A stretch of 64,000 bases of DNA. Origin: Dehalococcoidia bacterium (lineage in GTDB: Bacteria > Chloroflexota > Dehalococcoidia > Lucifugimonadales > UBA3495). Every line of letters begins with the position of its first letter. Position 1 is the first letter of the stretch. The stretch covers positions 131,388-195,387 of the forward strand of contig OZ247430.1 of NCBI GenBank assembly GCA_965232895.1. The letters are read 5' to 3'. The position numbers and the translations under genes were made by a program. The notes beneath the pieces are model-generated. The model saw only the letters and a list, made by a program, of their open reading frames with translations. It made no database searches and was not told where the DNA came from. Positions 1-10,055 of this stretch are shown piece by piece.

Positions 1-1
1 G

Positions 2-988
2 GCCGAGCCGCTTATTGCCCTCGACGAAACCCCGGAGACGCGGGTACTCCTCGCCGGCTGGCGGCGGCAATGGTCCGACGGCGGCAACATTTCCAGTGGT
101 ATGCCGCGCTGGCTGATCGACAAGCTGTCGGCGCGGCGTATCGGCGGGATGACCGATGAGATCTCCCGGATGTGCTTCCCCTTCCAGGTGGCCGGCACCC
201 ACGATCTGTACCGCCCGCGGGCGGCGTTCGACGACGGCCTCCCCAGTCGTCCCATGCAGTGGGACAACGGGTTCTGGGACGCCGGAAACGGCGTGGTCAT
301 ATTCCTCGGGGTTGAGCCCTGGTACCGCATTGACCTGTACGGTGACGCTTTTTTCGAGGCCGCGGCGGCGTTGGGCAATCCCAAGATTGCCGCTGTCGAA
401 GGCTACAACGGCCCGGCGCCGCCGGAATTGGAACGTCGGGTGTCGTGCGTGTACAGCAAAGCGTCCATGGCGGACGAGTTGCGGCAGCACGGCATGCTGT
501 TCTCGAGCTACGGGTCGCAGCAGCGCCAGGGCCCCACGGTGGGGATGGCGTTGGTGAGTATTGCCCACTACCAGCATCCGGACATTGAGATGGTACGGGT
601 CGGCGCCATGGCGCCCATGTTCCCCTTCAGCGGGGGCAGCAGCGGGAGCGGAAGCGGCGGCGGCCAGCTGGGCATCACCACCGACCACCGGGCTTTCTAC
701 GACATCATGCGTCGATTGCGCGCCCTGTACTCCCTGGACATAGATTTGTCCGACCTGAGGCCTCGCTACGAAGAAGAAGCGTCGCGTCTCCTGGAATCCC
801 TGGACCGCGTGGCCCAGCGCAACGAAGAAGCGCGGAGGTACATCGACCGTGTGCGCAACGACTATCAGTTCCAGCCCTTCGAGGAGCCCATTGAGTTGGA
901 CCCGAGCATCGAAGGGACGCTGGCCGACATCCTGGGCCAGTTCGACCTGCCGGGCGACGACGATGATGGCCTGGCCGGAGCGCGGTGA
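2..988 (+). CDS. PAC2 (proteasome assembly chaperone-like) family protein, 5' end probably beyond window edge
   Basis: Track ORF 101..988. The same frame has no stop back to nt 2 (AEPLIALDETPETRVLLAGWRRQWSDGGN...). The N-terminal GW..DGG-type motif, the Gly/Ser linker (GGSSGSGSGGG) and the C-terminal helical LDIDLSDL...EEEA segment fit my recollection of bacterial PAC2 proteins. Confidence 0.55.
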   Translation, partial: AEPLIALDETPETRVLLAGWRRQWSDGGNISSGMPRWLIDKLSARRIGGMTDEISRMCFPFQVAGTHDLYRPRAAFDDGLPSRPMQWDNGFWDAGNGVVIFLGVEPWYRIDLYGDAFFEAAAALGNPKIAAVEGYNGPAPPELERRVSCVYSKASMADELRQHGMLFSSYGSQQRQGPTVGMALVSIAHYQHPDIEMVRVGAMAPMFPFSGGSSGSGSGGGQLGITTDHRAFYDIMRRLRALYSLDIDLSDLRPRYEEEASRLLESLDRVAQRNEEARRYIDRVRNDYQFQPFEEPIELDPSIEGTLADILGQFDLPGDDDDGLAGAR

Positions 989-1024
989 CTTCATTCGACG
1001 TGAAAGACCAAGGAGGAAAAGCAA

Positions 1025-2029
<1,005 letters not shown>

Positions 2030-2042
2030 CGCGCAAAGAATG

Positions 2043-2071
2043 AGGGGCGGGTTCACACACCCGCCCCTTTT
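2043..2071. terminator. hairpin terminator between convergent genes
   Basis: Stem ggggcgggt (2044..2052) pairs with acccgcccc (2059..2067), followed by tttt. It lies between the stop at 2029 (+) and the stop at 2093 (-). Confidence 0.6.
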
Positions 2072-2092
2072 GGTTCCGCAGACTTGCCGGCG

Positions 2093-2542
2093 CTAGTCGA
2101 GGACCAGGACCGTGTTCTCGCGGCCCTCGCGGCGCATCTCGGCCAGGCCCTCTTCAGGGGTCTCGAACTTGTCGTAGTAGAACTCGATGCCGTTGCCGTC
2201 CGGGTCCTCGAAATACACGCTTCCGGTCATGCCGTGGTCGGTGGTGCGATCGACCTTGACGTCATGCTCCAGCAGCGTGTGGTACAGGTCACGCAGGGAG
2301 TCGTGGTCTTCCACCTGCACGGCGAAGTGGTTGAGCCCGACGTTCCCCTTCCGCGTCTCCGGAGAGTCCTCGGACGCCTGGAACAACGCCAGGTCGTGGT
2401 GGATCTCGCCACAGGTCAGGAACGTGGCGGTGGGACGCTGGACCGCGATCTGGAATCCCAGTATCTCGGTATAGAACTTGGTGGACGCCGCCACATCAGA
2501 GACGTTGATGACGAGGTGACCGACTTGCTTGGGTTTAACCAT
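2093..2542 (-). CDS. VOC/glyoxalase-family (extradiol dioxygenase-like) protein
   Basis: Motifs VGHLVINVSD...FYTEILGF...GLNHFAVQV...GSVYFEDPDGNGIEF. The start is moved to the internal Met (MVKPKQ) because AAGGAG lies 6 nt upstream of it. Confidence 0.8.
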   Translation of the reverse strand: MVKPKQVGHLVINVSDVAASTKFYTEILGFQIAVQRPTATFLTCGEIHHDLALFQASEDSPETRKGNVGLNHFAVQVEDHDSLRDLYHTLLEHDVKVDRTTDHGMTGSVYFEDPDGNGIEFYYDKFETPEEGLAEMRREGRENTVLVLD

Positions 2543-2638
2543 TTTTCGCTCCTTGAATGGTACAGATAGGGCGCCTGTTGACGGCAAATATACGACAGTT
2601 GGCGTTGACAGGCAAGGATATGGCGCAAATGCGCCAAT

Positions 2639-3565
2639 CTAATCGGCGGCGACTTCCTCGGGTGTGAGAATGACCTGCCCACTATCCGGCTCGTGGCGAT
2701 GGCGCATCACCAGATCGACCCGTTGGTGCAGGGCAAGGAGGAGCCCCTTGACTTCGCTTACTTCCCGAGCAAGCGCCGACAATCCGTCTTCCAGCCTCTC
2801 GACGCGGGCAGTCAACGCATCCACGCGCTCCGAATGGCTCCTGCCCATTTCGTCCATGCGCTCCGATAAGCTCCGGCTTAACGCATTCGTGCGTTCCGAA
2901 TGGCTCCTGCTCATTTCATCCATGCGCTCGGAGAAGCTTCTGCTCATTTCGTCCATGCGCTCGGAGAAGCTTCTGCTCATTTCATCCATGCGCTCGGAGG
3001 AGCTCCTGCTCAACGCGTCAATGCTCTCGGAATGGCTTTTGCCCATGGCGTCCATGCGCTCGGAGAATCCCTTGCTCATTTCGTCCATGCGCTCCGAATG
3101 GCTTTTTCTTATCGCTTCCATGCGCTCGGAGAAGCTTCTGCTCATTTCGTCCATACGCTCAGAGAGGCTTCTGCTCATTTCGTCCATACGCTCAGAGAGG
3201 CTTTTGCTCAACGCGTCAATGCTCTCGGAATGACTCCTGCTCATTTCCTCCATGCGCTCGGAGAATCCCTTGCCCGTCGCGTCCATGCGCTCGGAGAAGT
3301 TCTTGCTCAACGCGTCAATGCTCTCGGAATGGCTTTTGCCCATGGCGTCCATGCGCTCGGAGAATCCCTTGCTCATTTCGTCCATGCGCTCCGAATGGCT
3401 TTTGCTCATTTCGTCGATGCGAAGATTGATGCCTCTAACTTCGCCTTTCAACTCGCCGATTGCGCCGGACTGCCGTACCAGCGCAACAAACATAGCGACG
3501 AGCAAGAGGGCGATGAATGCCAAAAACCCATACTGAACGTAATCGGCTAACGTGATTGTTTCCAT
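2639..3565 (-). CDS. membrane-anchored protein made of 18 tandem 11-residue repeats plus a C-terminal coiled-coil-like tail
   Basis: The start is set at METITLADY (cat at 3563..3565). The longer track ORF (to 4078) overlaps the MFS gene in another frame. There is one TM helix (YGFLAFIALLLVAMFVALV), then the SERMDEMSxSx repeats. Confidence 0.7.
   Translation of the reverse strand: METITLADYVQYGFLAFIALLLVAMFVALVRQSGAIGELKGEVRGINLRIDEMSKSHSERMDEMSKGFSERMDAMGKSHSESIDALSKNFSERMDATGKGFSERMEEMSRSHSESIDALSKSLSERMDEMSRSLSERMDEMSRSFSERMEAIRKSHSERMDEMSKGFSERMDAMGKSHSESIDALSRSSSERMDEMSRSFSERMDEMSRSFSERMDEMSRSHSERTNALSRSLSERMDEMGRSHSERVDALTARVERLEDGLSALAREVSEVKGLLLALHQRVDLVMRHRHEPDSGQVILTPEEVAAD
2825..3418 (-). 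repeat. 18 x 33-bp in-frame tandem repeat (hendecad protein repeat)
   Basis: Units read from the translation: IDEMSKSHSER, MDEMSKGFSER, MDAMGKSHSES, IDALSKNFSER ... MDEMGRSHSER. Units 2-4 recur as units 11-13, suggesting a 9-unit higher-order duplication. Confidence 0.85.
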
Positions 3566-3648
3566 TTCTGCACACTCGATGCGCCAGTGTCTTGGCAGTA
3601 TGGCATAGCGGGCAGACACCGACAACCGCGCCCATTCAATCGGAGCGA

Positions 3649-4884
3649 TCAGATCTCGTTCATCCGCCGCACCATCGGTCGGTACGACCAGCCGGCCAGC
3701 GAGATAACCAGGAGCACAACCGCCCCGCTGGTGATGGCGGCGGACCAACCGTACAGTTGCGCCAACCAGGTGAGCGGCCACGCGCCCAGGAAGTGAAACA
3801 CGGGCGCAAGTTGCATCATGGCCATCATCCGGCCGCGCATATCGGGAGCCGTCGTCAGCTGCATCATTGAGCTGGATACCGGCCAGAACCCGCCGATGCT
3901 GGTGGACCCAACCAACGCTACCAGCATGCACGCGGCCCAGAACCAATGCGACCAGGCCATGGCGATCAACCCAACGCAGCAGATCACCAGCTGCAGATAC
4001 ATCAGGAGCCCCTTGTTCTTGTTGTCGCCCCAACTGGCAACCACCATGGATCCGGCGAATGCTCCGGCGCCCCGGCACACCATGAATACGCCGGTCTGAA
4101 ACGCGTTGAGCCGCAGGAATTCGGTGGTGAACGCGGGCACGACCTGCATGTAGGCCATGCCGAAAAAGCCGAACGTAGCGGACAGAAAGATCAGCACCGC
4201 CGCCATGGGCGTGCGAACGGCGTGGGCGAGTCCTCCCGTGAAATCGCTGATCGGGGAGGAATTCCGCCGGGTAGTGGCGACGGGACGGGTCACCATCATC
4301 AGGAAGGCGATGCCCAGCAGATAGCTGACACCGTTGATCATTATCCCGGCCCAGGTGTCGATGTACTGGATGGCCCAGCCGCCGACCAACGGCCCCAGCA
4401 TATTGCCGATCTGGCCGACAGACGTGTGCAGGGCCACCGCGTTCATCATGTGTTCCCGGGGCACCAGGTCAGCGGCAAGGGCAAAACGGGCGGGCATTTG
4501 CACCGCCATCAGGCCACCCAGGATGAACACGACGGTGTACACGTGCCAGATCTGGGCCAAGCCGGCCAGGGCGAGGAAAGCCAGGGCCAACGTCACAACG
4601 GCGTTGCCCAGGACGCAGCAGATCAGGAACAGCTTCCGGTCAACCCGGTCGGCGAGTACGCCGCCCACGAAGGTGAAGACCAGGTTGGAGACGCCGAAGA
4701 GGCTAACCGCCAGGCCCAGCGCAGTCTTCTCACCGCCGAGGTCAATGATCAGGAAGCCGATGCCAAGGAACTGGATGCCCTGGCCGAATGACTGAACGCC
4801 GATGTTCAGAAAGAACCACCGGAAGTCCCGGTGGCGAAGTGCGGAAAACGCGCGCAGCCGCCCGGCGGCGGCGACCGAGGCCAT
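3649..4884 (-). CDS. MFS transporter
   Basis: 411 aa with about 12 hydrophobic segments. The N-terminal FRWFFLNIGVQSFGQG and LADRVDRK motifs are typical of MFS_1/EntS-like exporters. Confidence 0.85.
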   Translation of the reverse strand: MASVAAAGRLRAFSALRHRDFRWFFLNIGVQSFGQGIQFLGIGFLIIDLGGEKTALGLAVSLFGVSNLVFTFVGGVLADRVDRKLFLICCVLGNAVVTLALAFLALAGLAQIWHVYTVVFILGGLMAVQMPARFALAADLVPREHMMNAVALHTSVGQIGNMLGPLVGGWAIQYIDTWAGIMINGVSYLLGIAFLMMVTRPVATTRRNSSPISDFTGGLAHAVRTPMAAVLIFLSATFGFFGMAYMQVVPAFTTEFLRLNAFQTGVFMVCRGAGAFAGSMVVASWGDNKNKGLLMYLQLVICCVGLIAMAWSHWFWAACMLVALVGSTSIGGFWPVSSSMMQLTTAPDMRGRMMAMMQLAPVFHFLGAWPLTWLAQLYGWSAAITSGAVVLLVISLAGWSYRPMVRRMNEI

Positions 4885-4887
4885 GGG

Positions 4888-5625
4888 CTACGAGGAGTTC
4901 GCCCCGGACTTGGAAGATGCCAGCAGCCGGTCCGACAGCTCGTGGAAATCCGATACTTCGAAATCCGGCAGGTACACCGATTCCTCGTTTGGGAGCCGGT
5001 AACGGTTGACGTAACCGGCCCGGAACCCGGACGCCCGCGCGCCGGTCACGTCAAACGAATGGGAGGAGATCATCATGATCTCTCCGGGCGCCTTGCCCAG
5101 GATGCGGGTCGCCGTCCGGTAAACCGCCGGGTGCGGTTTGAACGCGCCGGCTTGCTCCACCGATATGACGTGATCGAAGGGGATCCCGACGTTGATCGCG
5201 GCCATGCGTTCCAGAAAGGACTGCTCACCGTTGGAAAGCACCACCATGCCGAATCGCTTGCTGTCGGCCAGCTTGCGCAGGCCCTGAACGGCGTCGTCGA
5301 ACGGGCGCAAATCGTTGTACACCGCCATGAACCGGTCCACGTCTGAGTGGTCGAATTCCACCCCGTTCAGACGCAGGCAATAGACAAAGGAACGTCGGCA
5401 GGTCTCCAGGTATCCGCTGTGGCCCAGCATGTAAAGGTTGTCCTGGTACTGCTCAATCCGCTGGCGGCCCCGCCAGTCGTCCCAGAACTTGTCCGCCGAA
5501 ACCGTGGAGCCGTGCTCCGCCAGGAACCGGCCGGCGGGCCCGGACAGACTTCCGCCCAGATCAAGCACCGTGCCGAAGATATCGAAGACCAGCGTGTTGA
5601 CCTGGGCGATTGGATTGTCGGTCAT
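4888..5625 (-). CDS. HAD-superfamily hydrolase, haloacid dehalogenase type II-like
   Basis: Motifs VFDIFGTVLD (DxxGT nucleophile motif), VLSNG and KPHPAVY. The start is set at MTDNPIAQ with GAGGAA upstream. The stop lies 3 nt before the MFS start. Confidence 0.8.
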   Translation of the reverse strand: MTDNPIAQVNTLVFDIFGTVLDLGGSLSGPAGRFLAEHGSTVSADKFWDDWRGRQRIEQYQDNLYMLGHSGYLETCRRSFVYCLRLNGVEFDHSDVDRFMAVYNDLRPFDDAVQGLRKLADSKRFGMVVLSNGEQSFLERMAAINVGIPFDHVISVEQAGAFKPHPAVYRTATRILGKAPGEIMMISSHSFDVTGARASGFRAGYVNRYRLPNEESVYLPDFEVSDFHELSDRLLASSKSGANSS

Positions 5626-5645
5626 GGCGGAGTTCCTCGATGTCC

Positions 5646-5885
5646 TCAGGCAGGCTTGATGTTGTCGATGTTGGTCTGGTCGACGTTGATCTGACGTTTC
5701 ACGCTGTCGAAATAGACGATGAGCCATGTCGCCGGACCGATCGTCCGCTTTTCGCGGACCTCGCCAACATCTCCCGCGGTGATGCTGCGCACCGACGAAC
5801 CCACCGGGGAGGCCATCACCTCACGCACTTCAAAATCGGCGGTGGCTTCAACTTTCATGCCCTTTTCGTACAGGTCAAAACTCAT
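5646..5885 (-). CDS. small hypothetical protein (79 aa)
   Basis: Start at MSFDLYEKG with GGAGGTG 5 nt upstream. No family recognised. Confidence 0.5.
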   Translation of the reverse strand: MSFDLYEKGMKVEATADFEVREVMASPVGSSVRSITAGDVGEVREKRTIGPATWLIVYFDSVKRQINVDQTNIDNIKPA

Positions 5886-6098
5886 TGCGGCACCTCCACG
5901 GGGGAATTCCGGCGAGCTCGGATCAGGGGGTAACTGGCCCCGCAGTGTACGGCCCGCAGTTTGCGGAGTCAACGAGAGGCATGACCCGCGAGCTGTAGCG
6001 ATCCAGGGCCCTCCGCCCGGCTAGACGACATAAGCGGCGCAGGGTATCATTTTCGGGACACTCGATCCCGCAACTTATTTTGGAGGTAAACGAAACCC

Positions 6099-6458
6099 AT
6101 GAAAATCGTAAAGATGTCGGCAGTGGAAAGGACCGAGGGCACGGCCCCCCTGTTTACCGGCCCCGTGGGTCGGCAGGCCATTCTGGATCCTGACGACAGC
6201 AACAACTTCAACTTTGGCATCGTCCATTTCGGCGCCGGCGTCCGCAACAAGTTCCACACGCACAGCGGCGACCAGATCCTCATCGTAACCGAGGGCACCG
6301 GCATCGTGGCCACTCGTGACGAGGAAGTGACGGTTACAGAAGGCGACGTGGCCGTCATCCCTGCCGGCGAAGACCACTGGCACGGCTCCCGCGAGACCGC
6401 CATGTCCCACATCACCATCACCGTGAAGGGCAGCCAGACCCAGCAAAACGAGGACTAA
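6099..6458 (+). CDS. cupin domain protein
   Basis: GGAGG is upstream. Cupin motifs are HTHSGDQILIVTEG and GDVAVIPAGEDHWHG. Confidence 0.8.
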   Translation: MKIVKMSAVERTEGTAPLFTGPVGRQAILDPDDSNNFNFGIVHFGAGVRNKFHTHSGDQILIVTEGTGIVATRDEEVTVTEGDVAVIPAGEDHWHGSRETAMSHITITVKGSQTQQNED

Positions 6459-6485
6459 CCCCGGGCGGCGCACCGCCGAAAGCAA

Positions 6486-6516
6486 GAGGGGCGACCGTTT
6501 GGTCGCCCCTCATTTT
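6486..6516. terminator. hairpin terminator between convergent genes
   Basis: Stem gaggggcgacc (6486..6496), loop gttt, then ggtcgcccctc (6501..6511), followed by attttg. Confidence 0.6.
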
Positions 6517-6531
6517 GTTGGTAGCGGTCAA

Positions 6532-8064
6532 TCAGTGGTGACGGCGACCGTGATCATCGTGCCCACCGTGGCCGTGACCGTGGTCATCGTGGTGACCGGC
6601 GTCATGATGACCGTGGCCGTGGTCATCGTGGTGATCGTCGCCATGGTCGTCATGATGGCCGTGCCCGTCGTGGTGACCGTGCCCGTCGTGATGGTCTTCC
6701 ACCGGCGCCAACTGAGGCAACCGAACCAGCGCCAGGATCACCGCAGCCGCCAGATACAGGGCCGCCGTATAGTAGAACAGGTAAGTGTAGTCCATCCCGT
6801 ACAACCAGCCCGCCAGCAGAGGCGACGCCGCGCTGAGGATGAACCGGGAGGTGGACAGCAGCCCCAGCGTGGTGGCCGCCGTGCCTTCCCGAACGATGTC
6901 CATTGCCGCGGCGGTCAGGATCGGCTGGTCGCTGTAGAGGAACATGCCAAGAGCCGCCAGCAGGACGGTCATTATGGCCAGATTATCGCTGAACGGCACC
7001 ATGATCAGCGTGACCACGGCCAGGAAGAGCATGCCGGGGATGAGCACCATTTTGCGACCCACGCGGTCCGAAATGTAGCCCATCACCGGACTGGCAAAGA
7101 TGCCCACCAAAACCAGCAGGGCGATCAGCGAGCCGCGGATGAACACGCCCTCGAAAACCCCGCCTTCCCGGTCGACGGTCAACCCCAGTTGGTCGGCGAG
7201 ATACAGCGGCAGCACGGTGACGAATCCGATATACGCCATGCCGCGCAGTCCGGCCACGACGGTGATGCCCCAGATCCGGGGGTTCCGGACCAGCAGCTTG
7301 GTTTCCTCGACCTGGGAACGCATGGTGAACGCGGGCGCCGCTTCGGCGGCCGCCTGGGCCCGATTGCCGATGTCGCGGAACGCCCAGAAGACCAAGAACG
7401 CCAGGAAAATCGGCACCGCCGCGTAGATGGTGATGATCGATTGCCACGTCATGGTGACGAGCAACAGACCCGTTAGCGCCGGACCCAGCACGTCGCCGAC
7501 GTTGCCGCCCACGCCATGGAAGGACAGGACGGACGCGCGCCGGTGCGAAAAGTGAGACGACAACGCGGCCATGGCGGGCAGATGCCACACCGAGGCGGCG
7601 ACGGCAACGATTGCCATGCCTATTATCAGCAGCGCGTATCCAACGGGGTTCAGCGCTCCGGTAGTACTGGCGGCTCCGGCGCTCTGGCTGCTTACCAGCC
7701 ACGCGCTGCCGGGCACTTGCCATCCGGCCGCAGCCATCAACAGCCAGCCGACGCCGAAAAGCGCCATGCAGACCGCCATCACCCACCCCCAGTAACGACG
7801 CAGGGCGTCGGTGAGCACGCCGCCGGGCAGCGCGACCACTCCGGAGGCAATCTCCCGCGTAGTCTGGATGCTGGTCGCGGCGATGATGCTGCCGCCGAGG
7901 AGCAGGTCGCGAACCTCAGGCAGCACGACGATGAAACTCTGGGCAATCCAGTGGAACACGCCGTGGCCACTGGTGAGGCCGCCGATGATGAACGCCGCTC
8001 CTCTTCGGAAACCGGTGCGGCCTTCGACTACCGAAGGCGCCGCGTGATGATGTGCATGTGCCAT
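6532..8064 (-). CDS. MFS transporter with about 55-aa C-terminal His/Asp/Gly-rich tail
   Basis: 510 aa and polytopic. The tail reads VEDHHDGHGHHDGHGHHDDHGDDHHDDHGHGHHDAGHHDDHGHGHGGHDDHGRRHH. It is the last gene of the metal-uptake gene string. Confidence 0.8.
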   Translation of the reverse strand: MAHAHHHAAPSVVEGRTGFRRGAAFIIGGLTSGHGVFHWIAQSFIVVLPEVRDLLLGGSIIAATSIQTTREIASGVVALPGGVLTDALRRYWGWVMAVCMALFGVGWLLMAAAGWQVPGSAWLVSSQSAGAASTTGALNPVGYALLIIGMAIVAVAASVWHLPAMAALSSHFSHRRASVLSFHGVGGNVGDVLGPALTGLLLVTMTWQSIITIYAAVPIFLAFLVFWAFRDIGNRAQAAAEAAPAFTMRSQVEETKLLVRNPRIWGITVVAGLRGMAYIGFVTVLPLYLADQLGLTVDREGGVFEGVFIRGSLIALLVLVGIFASPVMGYISDRVGRKMVLIPGMLFLAVVTLIMVPFSDNLAIMTVLLAALGMFLYSDQPILTAAAMDIVREGTAATTLGLLSTSRFILSAASPLLAGWLYGMDYTYLFYYTAALYLAAAVILALVRLPQLAPVEDHHDGHGHHDGHGHHDDHGDDHHDDHGHGHHDAGHHDDHGHGHGGHDDHGRRHH

Positions 8065-8093
8065 AGGGTCCTCCCGGAGAATTCGGTGAACGA

Positions 8094-8969
8094 TTAATCC
8101 ACGGAGCCGCTGGGCAGGCGGGACAGGCCCGGTTCCTCAGCGGGGCTCCGCGAGAGATGGCGCCGGATCCTGGACCAGCCCAGCGCTGCAACGAACACGA
8201 CGGCTGACAGCAGGACGACGCTGGCGCCCGAAGAGACATTGATGAAATAGCTCATGTAGATGCCGGTGACCGAGCACATTATACCGATCAACGTCGAAAG
8301 CACCGTCATCTTCACAAAGCTATTGGTCAACAATCGGGCGACGATGGGTGCGATGACAACGGCGGCGGCAATCATGGTGACACCCAGCACGCGCATGGAA
8401 ACCACCACCGTGCCGGCCAGCATGAGGGCAAATATGGCGTCCATCCACGCGGTGGGAATGCCGTAGAACCGGGCCACGTCGGCGTCGAAGGTGTTGAAGA
8501 GGAACATCTTGTAGGCGAAGAAAAAGACGACGGCCACTGCGATCGACACGACCGCGATGGCGATGATGTCGGCTCGCTCCACCGCCAGCACGCTTCCCCA
8601 CAGGGCGGCCTCAAAGTCATGGGTGAAGCCATGTTTCCGGCTGATTATCGCTATGCCCAGGGCGAAGCTGGCGGTGGTCACGATGCCGATGGCAGCGTCG
8701 GAACCGATGGGGTTTTTGCGGGTGGTCCAGGCGATCAGCAAGGCCGACAGGAACCCCCAAAGGGTTGCGCCCACGAAGAAGTTGAACGACATCGCCGAAC
8801 TGACGACCGCGCCGCCGAATATGGCGTGGGCCAGGCCGTGACCGATGTACGACATGCTGCGCAGCACGATGTACGTGCCCATAAAAGCGCACAAGCCGCC
8901 CACAAGAAAGGCGGCTATGATCGCACGGACGAAGAATCCGAACTCGAAGGGTTCAAGCAGCGCCATCAC
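8094..8969 (-). CDS. metal ABC transporter permease (ABC-3, ZnuB/TroD-like)
   Basis: 291 aa with 8-9 TM segments. Sequence is typical of the ABC-3 family (YIGHGLAHAIFGG..., DAAIGIV). Confidence 0.85.
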   Translation of the reverse strand: MMALLEPFEFGFFVRAIIAAFLVGGLCAFMGTYIVLRSMSYIGHGLAHAIFGGAVVSSAMSFNFFVGATLWGFLSALLIAWTTRKNPIGSDAAIGIVTTASFALGIAIISRKHGFTHDFEAALWGSVLAVERADIIAIAVVSIAVAVVFFFAYKMFLFNTFDADVARFYGIPTAWMDAIFALMLAGTVVVSMRVLGVTMIAAAVVIAPIVARLLTNSFVKMTVLSTLIGIMCSVTGIYMSYFINVSSGASVVLLSAVVFVAALGWSRIRRHLSRSPAEEPGLSRLPSGSVD

Positions 8970-9075
8970 AGGAATGCTCAGAATAGGATGAGGTGAATAA
9001 TATCATCGAAAGCAATTCCGCAACGACCGCCGTGACAGTCGGGCAACGCCAGCGAAAGCCGGCGTAAACCCTGGG

Positions 9076-10017
9076 CTATACGGAGTTGCCGTGATGATGG
9101 TGCTCCGGAACGTTCGCCGTGGTCGGGTGGGTATGGGGGATAACCGGCTCCCGGTGGCTTTCGTCCGGGATGGTGGCCAGAGGCTCGCCCCCGTTGCGAT
9201 CGATCCAGAAGTGCGCGCTTTCGGCAACCAGGGTCATGCCGTGGTATTGGATGACCGGCATCTCGGCCCCGTACACTTCCTGCAGGATGTGGGGCGTGAT
9301 GACACGGTGCGGCGGCCCGTCGGCGACGATGGAACCGTTCAGGCAAACGATGCGTGGCAGATGCACGGCGACGGCGTTGATTTCGTGAGTGGTGAGCACG
9401 ATGGTCACACCGGCGTGGTTGAGGTCGTGGAGAAGGTGCATCACGTCGTCGCGGGTCTTGAGGTCAACGCCGGACGTGGGCTCGTCAAGAAGCAGCAGAT
9501 CGGGGCTGCTGGCCAGCGCCCGGGCGAGGAAGACCCGCTGCTGCTGGCCGCCGGAGAGCTGGCGGATGTGGCGCTTGGCCAAGTCCGCGATCCCCAAACG
9601 CTGCATCATGTCGTAGGCCAGTTCCTTTTCGTGCTTGCGGTACCAGGGCAACCACGGGTTGGCCATGGTGCGGCCCATCATGACCGTCTCTTCAACGGTG
9701 ACGGGGAAGTTCCAGTCGATAGTCTCCAGCTGGGGTACGTAACCCGCTCGATTGTTTCGCCCCCGAACCGGCTTTTCATTGACCCGAACCTCTCCTTGCT
9801 GCACGTCCACCGCCCCCAGGATCACGCGCAGCAACGTGGTTTTCCCGGAACCGCTGGGCCCCAGCAACCCCACGAAATCGCCCGGCATGATATTCAGGTC
9901 AACATCCTGCAGCACCTTAGACTTGTTGTATCCGGCGGTGACGTTGCGCATTTCCACCACGGGTCGGGCGTCGGGGTCCGGGCGGTGGAGGTGCTCCAAT
10001 TCTGGCGGGTGCAGCAT
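9076..10017 (-). CDS. metal ABC transporter ATP-binding protein (ZnuC-like) with His-rich C-terminal extension
   Basis: Walker [10 protein letters not shown], signature LSGGQQQR and Walker B LLLLDEP. About 70 extra C-terminal residues end in [10 protein letters not shown]. Confidence 0.85.
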   Translation of the reverse strand: MLHPPELEHLHRPDPDARPVVEMRNVTAGYNKSKVLQDVDLNIMPGDFVGLLGPSGSGKTTLLRVILGAVDVQQGEVRVNEKPVRGRNNRAGYVPQLETIDWNFPVTVEETVMMGRTMANPWLPWYRKHEKELAYDMMQRLGIADLAKRHIRQLSGGQQQRVFLARALASSPDLLLLDEPTSGVDLKTRDDVMHLLHDLNHAGVTIVLTTHEINAVAVHLPRIVCLNGSIVADGPPHRVITPHILQEVYGAEMPVIQYHGMTLVAESAHFWIDRNGGEPLATIPDESHREPVIPHTHPTTANVPEHHHHGNSV

Positions 10018-10055
10018 CGTAAATTACCTGATCCTGATTGCTCGTGGCGACGGGA

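Noticed and set aside
2825-3418. Regular 33-bp periodicity that could be mistaken for a CRISPR array
   Set aside because: There are no unique spacers between the units. The units are contiguous, in frame and form a continuous ORF with a TM helix and a C-terminal tail. No cas genes are present.
3566-4078. N-terminal 171 codons of the 479-aa track ORF (2639..4078)
   Set aside because: This part overlaps the 3' end of the well-supported MFS gene in a different frame and is Arg/Gly-rich junk. The repeat protein begins plausibly at the internal METITL with its TM helix.
6499-7476. 325-aa plus-strand ORF beginning with a poly-Val/Thr stretch
   Set aside because: It is the antisense reading of the His/Asp-rich tail and the body of the MFS gene. 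The Val-rich run is just the complement of the CAC/GAC codons.
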